Shown here: positions 62,604 to 64,000 of the stretch, piece by piece | Numbering within the stretch: position 1 is the stretch's first letter | Layout of the letters: each line of letters opens with the position of its first letter | Assembly (NCBI GenBank): GCA_051362555.1 | Contig: CM120645.1 | Location: 12,648,001 to 12,712,000 of the forward strand | Reading direction: 5' to 3' | DNA from: Lingula anatina | Lineage: Eukaryota; Animalia; Brachiopoda | DNA: 64,000 nt | Translations under genes and position numbers: made by a program | The notes under the pieces: model-generated | What the model saw: only the letters and a program-made list of their open reading frames with translations | Told to the model about the DNA's origin: nothing | The model's database searches: none

Positions 62604-64000
62604 TGTTGACAGATTACTAGTGAAATTCTTTACTTTACAAATGAGCTCAATTATCATTATTGGATCTCTCTACAAGAAATGAGCTGATTAATTACTTGTG
62701 AAATTCTTTATGTCTTGTTTTTTTTTCCTTTTTTTTCAAAGTTTTCTAATGTCATATTGAAAGTTTATCGTTTTGACCATGCATGTTTATCAATTAGCTG
62801 TTTAATCAAAATTAAGTATTTTCCCCTGCTTTTTTTTTCACAAACAATGATCCACTCCAAAAACATATACGCTGAGGCGTCATACAGTAATTTCATTAGT
62901 GATAATACAATACAGATACAATAGCAACATTAAATATTCAAAGGCATCATATGTTACAGTAATGTGTATCAATAAAATATTTTATTTTCATAATAATACA
63001 AAAGTTTTCGTAAGCTATTACTTTCATTTAATGCACCTGGACTTCATTTCTTTTGAATAGCCTCATTCACCGATACTTCGAATATACCTTTTAATTGCAC
63101 AGTGACAATTATTGTATAAATTTAACCCTTTTAGACTGCCAATGGTAAATAAATCATGACTAGCACAAATTTAATAGAGTAAATATCAAATGGAAATACC
63201 ACAGAAGGCAGAAAGGAAATATTGATAAAACATCTGGGAATTGTTCAGGTATTAGGTAACTGGGCTGTTTCACAGCACTAATAATCATTGGGGCTATGAA
63301 AATTTAATTTCACCTTTTACGCAACACAGACTGCAATGAGCAGGTTTCAAAACAAGCAGAAAAGAAGAAGTGATCCCCTGACTTGTTAAATATCAAGATA
63401 TATATCCCTTATCACCAGTGAGAACAGTTTATTGTCGCTTGCATTATTCTTGGTCACCACCATAAATACAAGCCTCCCAGCCTCTAATTTGACACCAATT
63501 TACCAAATAGTCTTAGTTATCAAACAAATTCAATATATCTGGATGTGAGCATCTTGAATAAATCAATACATGAAAACCTGAGTCCAAACAGATATTGAAA
63601 TCACTCAAGCAATGGTAGAAAAGTCTGCAACAACATTAATACGGAGACCAGTAATCACATTAGGAAACCCACATGTCTCCAGGCAATTGGGGAAACCAGC
63701 TCCTACCTCCCCTCGGGGCCAGCTATTCAGTGGGGCCCACTGGTCTGAATATTTCATCGAGAAAGTAATTTAAAACAAATATGCATTTCTACCAGTCTTC
63801 TTTTTATGTGTCTTGGTGCATGGTGCAGTTTAAAAATGGGCCGTCACCAAATCTGAGTGACAGAATTTCATGCACAGATGTATCTCTGATAAAAGTGCGC
63901 TTCAATATTTGGCGAAAGGGGGGGGGGGTCTATATGAGAAACATTTTTGACACTGCACCTGATAAATCAATTTACACAGTCATTCCAATCTCTCTAGTTT

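Overview
AT-rich, intron-rich animal genomic DNA from an invertebrate bilaterian; a mollusc-like lophotrochozoan is my guess, not established. Most ORFs in the supplied track are spurious or exon-plus-intron read-throughs. Four spliced genes can be rebuilt with GT-AG junctions and consistent phases. (1) The 3' end of an N-acetylglucosamine-6-sulfatase (GNS) gene, + strand, 1-1194. (2) A tandem GNS paralog, + strand, 3147-12292, whose catalytic CxPxR segment is missing exactly where a (TA)n tract sits. (3) An APMAP/strictosidine-synthase-like gene, - strand, 15030-21588, with a probable first exon near 22775 that splits the ATG. (4) The 3' part of CADPS/UNC-31, - strand, 30646-61920, continuing beyond the window. 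Introns and intergenic DNA carry many non-autonomous DNA transposons with readable TIRs and TSDs, nested composite insertions and minisatellites. The most notable unannotated-looking signal is a set of frame-preserving candidate microexons (9-24 nt) in three CADPS introns. One of them creates a TAG stop at the splice junction unless its neighbouring microexon is co-included.
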